Below, piece after piece: positions 21,263 to 31,665 of a stretch of 64,000 nt of DNA (position 1 is the stretch's first letter; the number at the start of each line of letters is the position of its first letter). The DNA lies in NCBI GenBank assembly GCA_964404255.1, contig CAYOJJ010000006.1, forward strand, positions 11,567 to 75,566. The letters run 5' to 3'. The stretch comes from an uncultured Alphaproteobacteria bacterium (lineage in GTDB: Bacteria; Bacteroidota; Ignavibacteria; Palsa-1295). The position numbers and the translations under genes are program-made. A model generated the notes under the pieces. It saw only the letters and a program-made list of their open reading frames with translations. It was not told the DNA's origin and searched no databases.

Positions 21263-21877
21263 CTAAAACCATCGGTCAAAAAAGCCAAGGCGAATGTCAC
21301 CGCGAATATAAACCGTATCCGATTTATCGCGATACCAGACTTTATAACTATGGCGTTGAATCCATTCATCGATCTTATCGATAAAGGGATTCGTGTATCG
21401 CTTGCCGTGCGTTTCGAGCGAAATGACTGCCGGGTGGCTTTTCATGGTTTCTAAGACATACCACTCGCAGCCTTCGGTATCGATACTGAGTACATCGATC
21501 GTACCATCGTCAAGGTCACTAAATAGCCGCGTCTCGACTTCAAAACGATCTTCTTCAATAGGAGTATAATTATCATTCACCAATGCAGGGCTTGCCGGCA
21601 AGGTTTCTACAAAGGTAGAAGCATTCGTCCGGTATAACCCAAGTATAGTCCGCTCATTATAAACGGCATAAGGATGAATGGACACGTTGTCATAGCCGGC
21701 AAAGCGAAGATGTATTTTTTCAAGCGCTAAAGGATCGGGTTCGACCAGATCGCTCTTGCATCTCTCTTCGATGAAGCCGAGGATGTTGGAAGTCTCCGGT
21801 AAATAGACCCCCACTTCTGCTACGTGTCTGACGGTAATCGGTATTTTTTTTACTTTGGTATAGAGCTTTTTGTTCAT
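21263..21877 (-). CDS. FkbM-family methyltransferase (tentative)
   Basis: VAEVGVY ... IDVLSIDTEGCEWYVLETM resembles the Methyltransf_21 family. Confidence 0.5.
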   Translation of the reverse strand: MNKKLYTKVKKIPITVRHVAEVGVYLPETSNILGFIEERCKSDLVEPDPLALEKIHLRFAGYDNVSIHPYAVYNERTILGLYRTNASTFVETLPASPALVNDNYTPIEEDRFEVETRLFSDLDDGTIDVLSIDTEGCEWYVLETMKSHPAVISLETHGKRYTNPFIDKIDEWIQRHSYKVWYRDKSDTVYIRGDIRLGFFDRWF

Positions 21878-23385
21878 TACTGCTTTGCGGTATGAATGAC
21901 CTGGAGCTTTTTAGTTATAGTTGTGGTGCTGGTCTGCAACTGATAGTAGTAGGTGCCATTGGCAAGGGAAGAAGTTGTTACCGCAAAGTAATGGCTGCCA
22001 AGCGGAAGAGCATTGTCGCAGATAGTTTGAATGTTCTCTCCAAGCTCATTGAGTAATGTTAATCGGATATGATCGTCGGTTGGTAATGAAAAACCAATCA
22101 TGGTTCTTTCGCCTGCGGGATTAGGATAATTCTGGTCGAGCGTTACACCCGATGCAAAACTTGGTTCTTCCGCTACCGAAAGTGGCGGCAATGCCTCGCC
22201 ATTTTGATCGAGTTCGAGCACCCACAGATCGGCAGTCGAATCCTGGAGGTTAGCAATATCTCCAACGGCAACAAAATGGCCGTTATGCTCGCAAACTCCG
22301 AGCCCTTCGGCAATACCGCCACCATAGGTTTTTTCCCATACTTTATTTCCGGCGCTATCGGTTCGCACGATATAAAGATTCGATTGATTAACACCCGGGC
22401 TCGAGCTTCCAATAATGACAAAGCCCCCATCGGAAAGTTGCATACCGGACCACCCGAAACAATCTCCAATATTATAATGCTTATTGATACGAATGTTGCC
22501 TGCAGAATCGACTACCAGTAACCAGGCAGTACTGGAATTGGAAGCAGTCGTGGTACCGCCGAAGAAAGCGAAGCCACCATCACTTGTTGCGACGACATCA
22601 TACGGTGAATCATCATTTGAACTTGCCGTGGAATAGGAGCGCTGCCAGAGTATGTTGCCATTGGAATCGGCGCGTACCCCATAGTAATGTTCGTGGTTGC
22701 CAATACTGGTATGACCGATAAGCATTACGCCGTTTGAATGGGCAAGAGCACCAGCATGGCAATGCTCTGCCGATCCAAAATCATAGGTCTTCTCCCACAT
22801 CACATTAAAATTCTTATCCAATCGCTGAGCGATCATATCGCCGCTCGGGTCGCCTTTCGAATCGGTATGGCCTGCCCAGTAATAGGTGTGATCCGGAGCT
22901 TCGATGAACCAGTGAGAATGGTCGGCCAGCGGATAATTTACTTCAATCTTCTTTACAACCTTCCCAACCGAATCGATCTTATACATCAATGCTTCCTCGG
23001 TACCGGAGTATTGCACGCCACTAAAACCAGCCAGTAACGCGCCATTATCGGAAGTAGAGGTGACCGTCCATAAATTTTCAAAGTCAGCCGTGCCATAGGC
23101 CGAATCCCATAATAGCCGCTCGTCTTTATCGAACCTCAGTACCCAGTAATCGAAATCGCCGGCACCCTTGCTATCGATATTACCACCAATAATAAAACCA
23201 CCGTCCAAAGTAGGCTTTACACGGTACCCATACTCGGTGCCGGGGTAAGAAAAGGTAGTACCGGTCTGGGCGGTAGCTAATACTGGCAATATAAGAATCA
23301 GAAGAAACGGTATCAATTGCTTTTTCATAGGTATGGTCGGTTCAAGATGATGCAAAATACTCAATAATTTCCTTAAAAGACACAA
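21877..23385 (-). CDS. T9SS-secreted beta-propeller repeat protein
   Basis: Signal peptide; repeated WxxxYGG/beta-propeller-like units; C-terminal NYPNPAGERTMIGFSLP...GTYYYQLQT...TKKLQVIH, a T9SS type A sorting domain. Confidence 0.7.
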   Translation of the reverse strand: MCLLRKLLSILHHLEPTIPMKKQLIPFLLILILPVLATAQTGTTFSYPGTEYGYRVKPTLDGGFIIGGNIDSKGAGDFDYWVLRFDKDERLLWDSAYGTADFENLWTVTSTSDNGALLAGFSGVQYSGTEEALMYKIDSVGKVVKKIEVNYPLADHSHWFIEAPDHTYYWAGHTDSKGDPSGDMIAQRLDKNFNVMWEKTYDFGSAEHCHAGALAHSNGVMLIGHTSIGNHEHYYGVRADSNGNILWQRSYSTASSNDDSPYDVVATSDGGFAFFGGTTTASNSSTAWLLVVDSAGNIRINKHYNIGDCFGWSGMQLSDGGFVIIGSSSPGVNQSNLYIVRTDSAGNKVWEKTYGGGIAEGLGVCEHNGHFVAVGDIANLQDSTADLWVLELDQNGEALPPLSVAEEPSFASGVTLDQNYPNPAGERTMIGFSLPTDDHIRLTLLNELGENIQTICDNALPLGSHYFAVTTSSLANGTYYYQLQTSTTTITKKLQVIHTAKQ

Positions 23386-23538
23386 TATGCAGGACTGAGT
23401 TTCAGAAATGATGGCCGTTGCGGGTAAGTAATGCTAATCTGTCATGAAAGGAGAAATAATATTTAAAAATATGTATAGAGCCTGTATCAAATAAAAAAAC
23501 CGACCGTAGAGATTTTCAGTGTTTAACTTCACACTTAT

Positions 23539-24426
23539 ATGGAAACCGACGACGTTCCGCGACGAATCATCCAGGCCTACCCGGCCATCTTATTAGTTAT
23601 TAGTCTCACCACTCTTTCCTGCTCGAAAGAGGACGAACCCCGGCAAAGCCCGCCGAAATCCTTAGTAAAGAACGAAGCCCCGAAGCAACCGGTACGTGAT
23701 AGCAACCTCTATGCTACGTATATACTGAGTGGCTCGCGCTCGCTCACCGATTTTTTTGCGAAGATCGGACCCGAAAAAAAGAAGATCGTTTTCAAACTAA
23801 ATCGCCGCGATCTGGCTCACTTGCGCGAAGGCGATACGATCATTACCCCCAATGGCAGCGCTAACGAACTCGACTATGCTCCTTTCCCTAAGAGCATAGC
23901 GGGGCTGCCGGCAAAGATCATCTTTGTCGATCGTCGCATTCAGGCCTTTGCAGCATACGATAGCGGCCATCTGGCAAAATGGGGCCCGACGAGCACCGGC
24001 AAAAAGAGTACCCCGACTCCGGAAGGATTATACCACACCAATTGGAAATCCAAGGAAACCCATAGTACCGTGAACGCTGCCTGGATATTAAAGTGGTGCT
24101 TTAATCTCGATTGCCGCGAAGGTATTTCGATGCATGAGTATGATTTACCTGGTTATCCGGCAAGCCATAGCTGCGTACGCCTCTTAGCCGAAGATGCCGA
24201 ATGGGTCTTTAATTGGGCCGAGCAATGGAAGCTTTCTGCCGATCGCAGTAAAGTAGTAGCAACCGGCACGCCTGTTATTGTGTATAATACCTATGGATAT
24301 GGTAAGAAACAGCCCTGGAAACAGGTAATAGCCAATCCCGCTTCTATCACTGTAAGCGATAGCCTGCTGGCCACGACAGCTAAGCATTGGCTCGCAACCG
24401 ATAGCACACTGGCTTCAGTGCATTAA
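23539..24426 (+). CDS. L,D-transpeptidase family protein
   Basis: YkuD catalytic motif ASHSCVRLLAEDAEWVFNW. Confidence 0.65.
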   Translation: METDDVPRRIIQAYPAILLVISLTTLSCSKEDEPRQSPPKSLVKNEAPKQPVRDSNLYATYILSGSRSLTDFFAKIGPEKKKIVFKLNRRDLAHLREGDTIITPNGSANELDYAPFPKSIAGLPAKIIFVDRRIQAFAAYDSGHLAKWGPTSTGKKSTPTPEGLYHTNWKSKETHSTVNAAWILKWCFNLDCREGISMHEYDLPGYPASHSCVRLLAEDAEWVFNWAEQWKLSADRSKVVATGTPVIVYNTYGYGKKQPWKQVIANPASITVSDSLLATTAKHWLATDSTLASVH

Positions 24427-24444
24427 TAAGATCGTTAGACCACC

Positions 24445-24633
24445 ATGGAAGAGAACAAAGAACATCTTGATATTCAGATACCACCGCCGGAAACCCGCGG
24501 TGCAGGAATGGTACTCATCTGGAAGTGTACTAATTGCGGTGAAATCTTTCATCTTAATCACACGATCCTTCCCGATACCTGCCCGAATTGCGGGGCCGAC
24601 CGAAGCTTCTTCGAGCAGGTCATCGAAGATTAA
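24445..24633 (+). CDS. Rubredoxin-like zinc-ribbon protein
   Basis: CxxC...CxxC (WKCTNCGE...CPNCGAD). Confidence 0.5.
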   Translation: MEENKEHLDIQIPPPETRGAGMVLIWKCTNCGEIFHLNHTILPDTCPNCGADRSFFEQVIED

Positions 24634-25652
24634 AGACGCTCTCGTAAGAGTTCTACTACATCGCTGATCACCGCCGAAGCTGTGGGAAAACTACCGGCGC
24701 CTTTACCATAAAGGATTTGCGGGCCCGCATGTTTGGCGGTGATTTCAAGCGCATTAAATTCATCGCTCGTTGCCGCAAATAAATGTTCGCGCGATATATT
24801 GGCCGGTGCGACCGCTGCAACAACCTTTCCGTTCTTTACCGATGCCTCGGCGATCAGCTTCACCACGTTGCCATGCTGACGTTCGGTAGCAATCGTTTGA
24901 GCAGTGATTTCTTCGATGCCTGTCGTTGAAATATCTTCCGGCTTGATATGCGAGCCGAACGCATGATAGATCAGCACCGATAATTTCTGTGCCGCATCCT
25001 GTCCCGATACATCGAGTGTTGGGTCAGCCTCGAGAAAACCTTTCTCACGTGCCAGTACGAGAGACTCTTCATAGCTGATACCGGTAGTAGCCATGCTGGT
25101 AAGAATAAAATTTGTCGAACCATTGACAATACCCCTGATGGAGATGATCTCATCACCGGCGCGATGATCGTCCAGCGCTTTTAATACCGGAATACTGCCA
25201 CAGACAGAAGCACTATAGTGCAAATTCACACCATTGCGCTCGGCCAGATTACGAAGCCGTGGCAATTCATGAGCGAGCAATAGTTTGTTTGCAGTAATGA
25301 CATGCTTGCGTTTTGAAAGCGCTGCCTCGATTACGGCTTGTGCTTCATAGCGCCCGCCGATGAGTTCGATCACTACATCGATTACCTCGTTATCGAGAAT
25401 ATCCGAAGGATTAGTTGTTAACTTATCAAGTGGCAGGTCGCTATCGCGGTCTTTAGCAACGTCGCGGATGCACACGGCTTCGACCGATACATCGATACCG
25501 AAGCGCTCGGCAAACTCGCGACGCTTTTCACGGATCACTCTCCAAACTCCGCTGCCAACTACCCCAAGCCCGAAGAGGCCAATACGAAGCGGTTCTAATT
25601 GTTTGGTGCGAATAGAAGAAGTTGTTGTTGTAGAAATAGTAGTCGTGCTCAT
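24630..25652 (-). CDS. hom: Homoserine dehydrogenase
   Basis: GLFGLGVVGSG NAD-binding motif and NGSTNFILTSM...EADPTLDVSGQDAAQKL. Confidence 0.8.
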   Translation of the reverse strand: MSTTTISTTTTSSIRTKQLEPLRIGLFGLGVVGSGVWRVIREKRREFAERFGIDVSVEAVCIRDVAKDRDSDLPLDKLTTNPSDILDNEVIDVVIELIGGRYEAQAVIEAALSKRKHVITANKLLLAHELPRLRNLAERNGVNLHYSASVCGSIPVLKALDDHRAGDEIISIRGIVNGSTNFILTSMATTGISYEESLVLAREKGFLEADPTLDVSGQDAAQKLSVLIYHAFGSHIKPEDISTTGIEEITAQTIATERQHGNVVKLIAEASVKNGKVVAAVAPANISREHLFAATSDEFNALEITAKHAGPQILYGKGAGSFPTASAVISDVVELLRERL

Positions 25653-25664
25653 AAAATTATAGTA

Positions 25665-26687
25665 TTAATAAATGGTAGAGAATGAAGCAGAGGAAAAAGC
25701 GAGCGCACTTTGAACGGCGGGAGCAATTAACCCGGCGACTTCTTGCTGCGCTACAAGAAACGAGTCATGTCCAAAGGGAGCGATAAGCTCCTTGTAGCTG
25801 CCTTGTGAAAAAAATTCTGAGAATGCTTTGATCTCGCTGCTCGGATAAAGAATATCCGAACTGGTACCGATACAAAGCACCGGAGAAGTGATCTTGCTTG
25901 CCACAGTAAAATCATAACTTTCCATTGCTTCTGTCAGTCGCAAATAGCTGTAGGGAGAGAACCGTGCAGCAATCTTTTCTCCCAGATGTTCGAGGTACGA
26001 TTCAACCTGAAAGATCTCGCCGGTATGCTCGCGGGCAAAGCGCGATTCAAATTCTTCGCTCGAACGATACGAAAGCATTGCGACCTGACGCGCCAGCTTC
26101 ATACCACTGATAAACCCTTCTTCACTGTAGCCGGAAGCAGCAGCCACCTGCTCAATCGTTTTTCTGATAACCGAGCTAAAGCCAATACGCCACGCTGAAT
26201 GAGACCCGGCAACAGCAAGTGCCACGATCGAAGAGAAGAAGGCTGGTTCAAGTGCTGTCAGCTCGAATAATATCATAGCTCCCATCGAACCACCGATACC
26301 AAGGGCGGCATGTTCGATGCCGAGCGAGCGAAGCGCGAGTAATTGCGAGCGGGCTATATCGCGAATAGTGATCTTCGGAAAGCTATTGCCGTAGGCTAAT
26401 CCGGTTGTAGTATTGATAGATTGTGGCCCCGTTGAACCATAACAGCTTCCGAGGAAATTAAAACAGATCACATAGGCTTCATCGGTATCGATACATTTTT
26501 CTTTACCGATCACCTGGGGCCACCACTCGGCGCAACTGCTTGCTCCGGTGAGCGCATGAAAGACGAGTACTACATTCGAACGCTCGGCATTGAGCGTGCC
26601 ATAGGCAGTGTAAGCGATCTCGACATTGGGAAGTACTATTCCCGAATCAAGGGTGAGATCGCCGATATTACAACTTCCAGTGCTCAT
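25665..26687 (-). CDS. metX: Homoserine O-acetyltransferase
   Basis: GGSMGAM nucleophile motif on an alpha/beta-hydrolase fold. Confidence 0.8.
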   Translation of the reverse strand: MSTGSCNIGDLTLDSGIVLPNVEIAYTAYGTLNAERSNVVLVFHALTGASSCAEWWPQVIGKEKCIDTDEAYVICFNFLGSCYGSTGPQSINTTTGLAYGNSFPKITIRDIARSQLLALRSLGIEHAALGIGGSMGAMILFELTALEPAFFSSIVALAVAGSHSAWRIGFSSVIRKTIEQVAAASGYSEEGFISGMKLARQVAMLSYRSSEEFESRFAREHTGEIFQVESYLEHLGEKIAARFSPYSYLRLTEAMESYDFTVASKITSPVLCIGTSSDILYPSSEIKAFSEFFSQGSYKELIAPFGHDSFLVAQQEVAGLIAPAVQSALAFSSASFSTIY

Positions 26688-27871
26688 GCAAAAACCTCTT
26701 CGCCTATTTCGGTAAATATTTCCTTCGGTGCCAGTAATTGCAACGCCTGATCGAGATCGGCAATAAGATCATCGATATGTTCGATGCCGACCGAGATACG
26801 AATAATATCGTTAGTGATCCCGGCCTTTGCACGAAGTATTTCGCCCATCGATGCATGGCTCATGGTTGCAGGATGTTCGATAAGGGATTCCACTCCACCG
26901 AGTGATTCAGCTAATGCAAATACTTTTGTTGCTCCTAATACTGTGTGTGCTTCTGCTATATCGCCTTTAATGCGAAAGCTAATGACTCCCCCGAAGCCCG
27001 TGAATAATTCTTTTGCAATGCTGTGTGTCGGGTGCGATTCAAGACCCGGATAAAATACTTCTTCAATTGCTTCATGCTCAGATAAAAATGCTGCAATGCG
27101 ATTCGCATTTTCTTCATGCTGGCGCATTCTTACGCTGAGCGTTTTTACTCCGCGCAGCACCAGCCAGCTATCGAACGAACCTGTCGTTGTGCCAAGGCAA
27201 TTCGCCAGCCAGTAACATCGATCTCCAAGCTCTGCTGTTTTTGCGATCACGGCACCACCGATCACATCCGAATGACCATTGAGCCACTTTGTCGTTGAAT
27301 GGACAACGATATCGGCGCCATGTTCGAATGGCTTAAAGTTATAGGGCGATAAAAAAGTATTATCGACGCAAACAAGCAGATCGTATTGATGAGCAATGTA
27401 GGCAAGCTTCGGCAGATCGACGACACGTAACAACGGGTTGCTTGGTGTCTCGATCCACAAGCATTTTGTATTCGATTTGATATGATTGTACAGAGACTCC
27501 GGATTACCGAGATCGACGAACGATACTTCCAGTGTGCCCTGCGAGTGATAGTGGTTGAGTAAGCGTGCCGTACCGCCATAGCAATCGTGCGTACAAATAA
27601 TATGCGAGCCAGCGGGGAAGTGAGCAAGCACCGTTGAAATGGCCGACATGCCGGTCGAGACGGCAACGGCACGAGCGCCGCCTTCGAGTTCAGCAAGCAC
27701 GGTCTCGAGCGTTGCGCGAGTAGGATTGCCGCTGCGCGTGTAATCATAGCCGGTGCTCAGGCCCGGTGCGCGAAAGCGGAAGTTAGAAGTTTGGTAAAGT
27801 GGTGTACCGATACTGCCGTATTCGGAGTCGGTATGAGTGGTATGCTGGATAGCAGCCGTTTCGATATGCAT
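26684..27871 (-). CDS. Cys/Met-metabolism PLP enzyme (cystathionine gamma-synthase / O-acetylhomoserine sulfhydrylase family)
   Basis: HSTTKWLNGHSDVIGG PLP-lysine region, with a 4-nt overlap with metX. Confidence 0.8.
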   Translation of the reverse strand: MHIETAAIQHTTHTDSEYGSIGTPLYQTSNFRFRAPGLSTGYDYTRSGNPTRATLETVLAELEGGARAVAVSTGMSAISTVLAHFPAGSHIICTHDCYGGTARLLNHYHSQGTLEVSFVDLGNPESLYNHIKSNTKCLWIETPSNPLLRVVDLPKLAYIAHQYDLLVCVDNTFLSPYNFKPFEHGADIVVHSTTKWLNGHSDVIGGAVIAKTAELGDRCYWLANCLGTTTGSFDSWLVLRGVKTLSVRMRQHEENANRIAAFLSEHEAIEEVFYPGLESHPTHSIAKELFTGFGGVISFRIKGDIAEAHTVLGATKVFALAESLGGVESLIEHPATMSHASMGEILRAKAGITNDIIRISVGIEHIDDLIADLDQALQLLAPKEIFTEIGEEVFA

Positions 27872-27983
27872 GGTCGTCCTTTGGTTCTGATCGTTGTAGT
27901 AAAGGACTCATCAGAACAGGGCGATAAGCGAAGCGGCGGTTTTCAGATCGGCTTACTATGCAGGACGCTTGCGATAGGTTTAA

Positions 27984-28014
27984 ACAAAAAACCTATCGGA
28001 AAGCGCCGATAGGT
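27984..28014 (-). terminator. Intrinsic terminator of SAM riboswitch expression platform
   Basis: Minus-strand RNA reads CCUAUCGGCGCUUUCCGAUAGG followed by UUUUUUGUU. It lies between the aptamer and the metY-family start. Confidence 0.6.
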
Positions 28015-28065
28015 AACGATCTCGATTCGCACAAAGCGAATGGATTTTGATCCCCGGCTCATCTT

Positions 28066-28182
28066 TCCTTAAGAAGGGTTGCTTCTCTTGGCAGGATTTA
28101 GCACCTGGACTTACAGTCTTTCGACTCTAACGGTTGCTACAGCTTCTTCGGGCCTGTCCCTCAGCTGTTCTTGATGAGTAAC
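28066..28182 (-). ncRNA. SAM-I (S-box) riboswitch
   Basis: Minus-strand RNA CUCAUCAAGAACAGCUGAGGGACAGGCCCGAAGAAGCUGUAGCAACC...GGUGCUAAAUCCUGCCAAGAGA...GAAAGAUGAG matches the S-box consensus (P1 CUCAUCAAGA/GAUGAG, GAGGGAC, GGCCCGA, GCAACC, GGUGCUAAnUCCUGC). Confidence 0.85.
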
Positions 28183-28347
28183 GCGCTTATAACTCTCATT
28201 TGCAAGAAGCAAGTTCCCGTCACTGGTTTGATTATTATTCATCCGTTAAAAAAAATGATATGATAGGTGAATCGAATTTGCTGCTTTCGTGTCATTCCGA
28301 TACCCCCCCGAAAATATAGAAAAAAATCACTAATCGTTTTCTCTTAC

Positions 28348-30138
28348 ATGATGTCGAACTTTCGGCGTTCATATCTCTATGTTATAATATTGCTTATCCC
28401 GCTGATGGCAAAGCCGCTCCGGGCGCAGGCTCTCGATAATGCCGGTACGGAATTTTACCTTTCCTTCGGAGCGAACGAAGGTACGGGCGAATCTGAAAAT
28501 TCATTCCAAGTGTATGTCACCTCTCGTGTTGCGACTTCTTGCCATGTGGAAGTACCGTCATTAAAATATTCAAAGAATTTTACTGTTACTCCAGGGGCAA
28601 TAACGGTCGTCGATCTACCGAATAATTCCTATGGGAGCACTGTCGAGATCGGTGAAAACGAAAATGAAAAAATTATAAAAGGTCGTAGTGTTCATATAAC
28701 TTCAATCAATGAAGTTACCGTGTATGGTATAAACCATAAGACCTATTCAAGCGATGCTTTTATGGGTATTCCGGTCGATGCGCTCGGGAAGGAATATTTA
28801 TCGATCTGCTTTCCGACTTCTTCGGCTTCTCCATCTGATCCTATTGGTGGTTTTAATAGTGGTACCGCTTCTGAATTTTGGATCACCGCGGTAGAAGATT
28901 CGACTGTTGTTACGATCACCCCTTCGGCAAAAACACTCGGCAATCATGCTGCTACAAAAGGATTTAGTCTCACGCTTCAGGCTGGTGATAGTTATCTGGT
29001 CGAAGGCGACCCGACTACTTATAATAACGATCTAACCAGTTCGCACATCGTTGCAACAAAACCGATCGCCGTTTTTTCCGGACATATCAGGGCTTCGGTC
29101 CCGCAATTCTATCTGGACGATCAGCTTGCCTCAAGCCGCGATCATTTGGTAGAACAGGTGCCGCCGGTCACCGCCTGGGGGGATTCAGCGCTCGTCGTAC
29201 CATTCGCCTCGTCAAAAACTATCGAACCGGATGTAGTACGTATCATTTCCGGAGCCGATAGTAATATCATTACGATCGGTTCGAATAAGCTGCAAAAAGT
29301 ATTTAAGAAAGGCGAGTTCTACGATATTGCAGCATTAACCAGTGCAACAGCTATCCATGCCACTAAGCCGATTATGGTTGGCCAATATATGCATACCAGT
29401 ATAAGGATGTATGGCAATGGCGATCCGGCGTTGGCACTCTGTTTCCCGGTCGAACAGTACGATACTTCTTATACCTTTATCGCGATCCAGAATAGCGCCT
29501 TCACCGATAATTTTATAAACGTCGTTGCTGATTCGGTCGGTGTCACTACGACAACGCTTGACGGGCGGAGTATTTCGAGAGGTGCGTTTCATCCCATCGC
29601 CAATTCAAATTATTATTATGCTCAACTTGATCTTGATAACTCCTCGAATACGCCAAATGTAGGCCCGGGTGCTCATACGATTCGCAGCGCTACGCCGATC
29701 GGCCTTACGGTCTATGGGTTAGGGTCGGTCGATAGTTATGCTTATACCGGTGGTTCTCGTCTCAGCGATCTTACCTTGCCGGCAGCCATTCAGGATACCG
29801 AGTACTGTGGTAAACGCACGATGGAACAATTGCTCGATCTGAAACTCCCGATCGCTATTTCAGATCCATACCCGAATCCTGCTTATGGATATTCCCAGGC
29901 TGTTTCGATCGGCTATATTGCTAATGATGATATAACGATCAGTTGGAAGATGAGCGATTCGAAAGGAACATCGGTTCTGCAGGCTCAAACGCTTTCCGTT
30001 GAAAAAGGACAGGGAATAATCAGCATACCGCTTTCCTCATTTCCTTCAAGCGGAGTCTATTACGTTACTATAACAGCAACTAACCCCGCAACTGCAGCAG
30101 AACGAGTTGTAACGACGAGTATTACGGTAAAAAAATAA
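28348..30138 (+). CDS. T9SS-secreted protein with IgGFc-binding-like N-terminal beta-helix region (hypothetical)
   Basis: Start taken at MMSNF (28348) with a signal peptide. The C-terminus PYPNPAYGYS...GVYYVTITATNPATAAERVVTTSITVKK resembles a T9SS sorting domain. Confidence 0.6.
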   Translation: MMSNFRRSYLYVIILLIPLMAKPLRAQALDNAGTEFYLSFGANEGTGESENSFQVYVTSRVATSCHVEVPSLKYSKNFTVTPGAITVVDLPNNSYGSTVEIGENENEKIIKGRSVHITSINEVTVYGINHKTYSSDAFMGIPVDALGKEYLSICFPTSSASPSDPIGGFNSGTASEFWITAVEDSTVVTITPSAKTLGNHAATKGFSLTLQAGDSYLVEGDPTTYNNDLTSSHIVATKPIAVFSGHIRASVPQFYLDDQLASSRDHLVEQVPPVTAWGDSALVVPFASSKTIEPDVVRIISGADSNIITIGSNKLQKVFKKGEFYDIAALTSATAIHATKPIMVGQYMHTSIRMYGNGDPALALCFPVEQYDTSYTFIAIQNSAFTDNFINVVADSVGVTTTTLDGRSISRGAFHPIANSNYYYAQLDLDNSSNTPNVGPGAHTIRSATPIGLTVYGLGSVDSYAYTGGSRLSDLTLPAAIQDTEYCGKRTMEQLLDLKLPIAISDPYPNPAYGYSQAVSIGYIANDDITISWKMSDSKGTSVLQAQTLSVEKGQGIISIPLSSFPSSGVYYVTITATNPATAAERVVTTSITVKK

Positions 30139-30246
30139 CGGTATTAAGATTCTCCCTGTGCCAATGGACGCAAGGTGTATTAAATAACTTGTACTTGCAG
30201 ATGTATATAGCAGAATCTTTATTTTGATCGTTATGTCTTTGTTATA

Positions 30247-30702
30247 ATGGTATCGATTTCAGAGATTGTTGCTCAATTACGACAAAAAGGGATTACTCTT
30301 AAGGCCGATGCACCTTCTCTTGGGAGGTATGGAAATAGCCGTGAATCTTCAGCGCGGTTGATAGACCTGATAATTAATGGAGAGAAGCGCGCTACGACAA
30401 GCTTATGGTGGTCTTATGAAGTGGAAGGTGAGCCGCTTGCTACTGCCGGTACAATAGAGATCGTTCTCGATTGGGATGAACGTCCTGTTGCAATACTGCG
30501 ATACATGGACGTATTCGTTGTTCCGTTCAACGAGGTAACGGCAGACTATGCGTTTGCCGAAGGGGAAAACGATAGGTCGTTAGAACAATGGCGCAAAAGC
30601 CACTGGGAGTTCTTTAGAAAAGAATGTCAGGGAATAAACCGCCTTCCGACGGACGATATGCCGGTCGTTTGTGTAAGATTTGAATTGGTTGAAGTACTAT
30701 AA
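30247..30702 (+). CDS. ASCH-domain protein
   Basis: 151 aa with EKRATTSLWW...EQWRKSHWEFF. Confidence 0.55.
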   Translation: MVSISEIVAQLRQKGITLKADAPSLGRYGNSRESSARLIDLIINGEKRATTSLWWSYEVEGEPLATAGTIEIVLDWDERPVAILRYMDVFVVPFNEVTADYAFAEGENDRSLEQWRKSHWEFFRKECQGINRLPTDDMPVVCVRFELVEVL

Positions 30703-30715
30703 AATAATACCCGTA

Positions 30716-31579
30716 TTATTTTGCTTGGGCGAGCCGAGCAAGGCGCATCGATTTTGTGCGTTTGCTTTTTGCAAATAATCCGAGGATATAATTCCTGAAC
30801 ATGTAGCTCCAGAAGCCGCTCTCGTTTAATGAGGGATCGATGAGGTGTTCGATCTTCTTATGGGCTTCCGGCAATTCGCTCCAATGAATGCTGGCGCGAA
30901 TATGATGAATGGTATGATAACCGTTATTAAAAAGCATTTGGTTAGTCCAGCCCAGGAAATTACGGGAGTGGCTGTACTCGGATTCCTCATCGGCATGGAC
31001 GTGCTGGACGTAATTGAAAATCATAATCATGTAGAGCGCAAATTGCTGCGGCACCACTACAAAGAGCAAGGCCTTTTGCCAATCGATTAACAGCAAGCCA
31101 ATTACATACGCAGCAAGCACGACATACTGCATCAGATACAGAAAGAAATCGGTCTTATTCGTGCGGCGAAGTTCGCCGAGATAGGCATAGATCGGTGTTT
31201 GCTGGAAATAGCTGCTGATCGTAGGGTAGGAGAGCAGGGTAATAAGATTATTCTTTTCGCTGTAGCGGTAGGTGATCGTGTAGTCCCCGTCTTTATTATT
31301 AAGCTTATGGTGATTTTTGTTATGGGTCGGGATCCATCCGAAAGCCGGAAAGCCATAGAACAGTGTCAGCCAGTAATCGGTAAGAACATTGAGCCACTTG
31401 GCTTTCCAGATCGAGACGTGATTATGATTATGAGCAATAACGGCCGTAGCAACAGCAAGGTAGAGGCTTAGCAGAAACAGAAAAATATTAAAGCTCGGAA
31501 GCGACCATTGGATAATTAAGGTCGCAGTCGTAACAACCATATAACACAGCGTGCGAATGTCAGCCTTGTATTTTAACAT
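30716..31579 (-). CDS. Membrane fatty-acid desaturase
   Basis: Three His boxes (HNHNH, HNKNHH, HTIHH) and TM helices. Confidence 0.8.
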   Translation of the reverse strand: MLKYKADIRTLCYMVVTTATLIIQWSLPSFNIFLFLLSLYLAVATAVIAHNHNHVSIWKAKWLNVLTDYWLTLFYGFPAFGWIPTHNKNHHKLNNKDGDYTITYRYSEKNNLITLLSYPTISSYFQQTPIYAYLGELRRTNKTDFFLYLMQYVVLAAYVIGLLLIDWQKALLFVVVPQQFALYMIMIFNYVQHVHADEESEYSHSRNFLGWTNQMLFNNGYHTIHHIRASIHWSELPEAHKKIEHLIDPSLNESGFWSYMFRNYILGLFAKSKRTKSMRLARLAQAK

Positions 31580-31665
31580 ACCTGGTAATAGAAGAAGAGA
31601 TAAACGTCCAACACACTATGGCTAACCCGCTCCCAAAGTGCCTTATTGCTACATAAAACCCCGTC

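Noticed and set aside
27262-27747. 161-aa minus-strand ORF (Cys/Arg-rich)
   Set aside because: It is an alternate frame inside the metY-family PLP-enzyme gene and is compositionally atypical.
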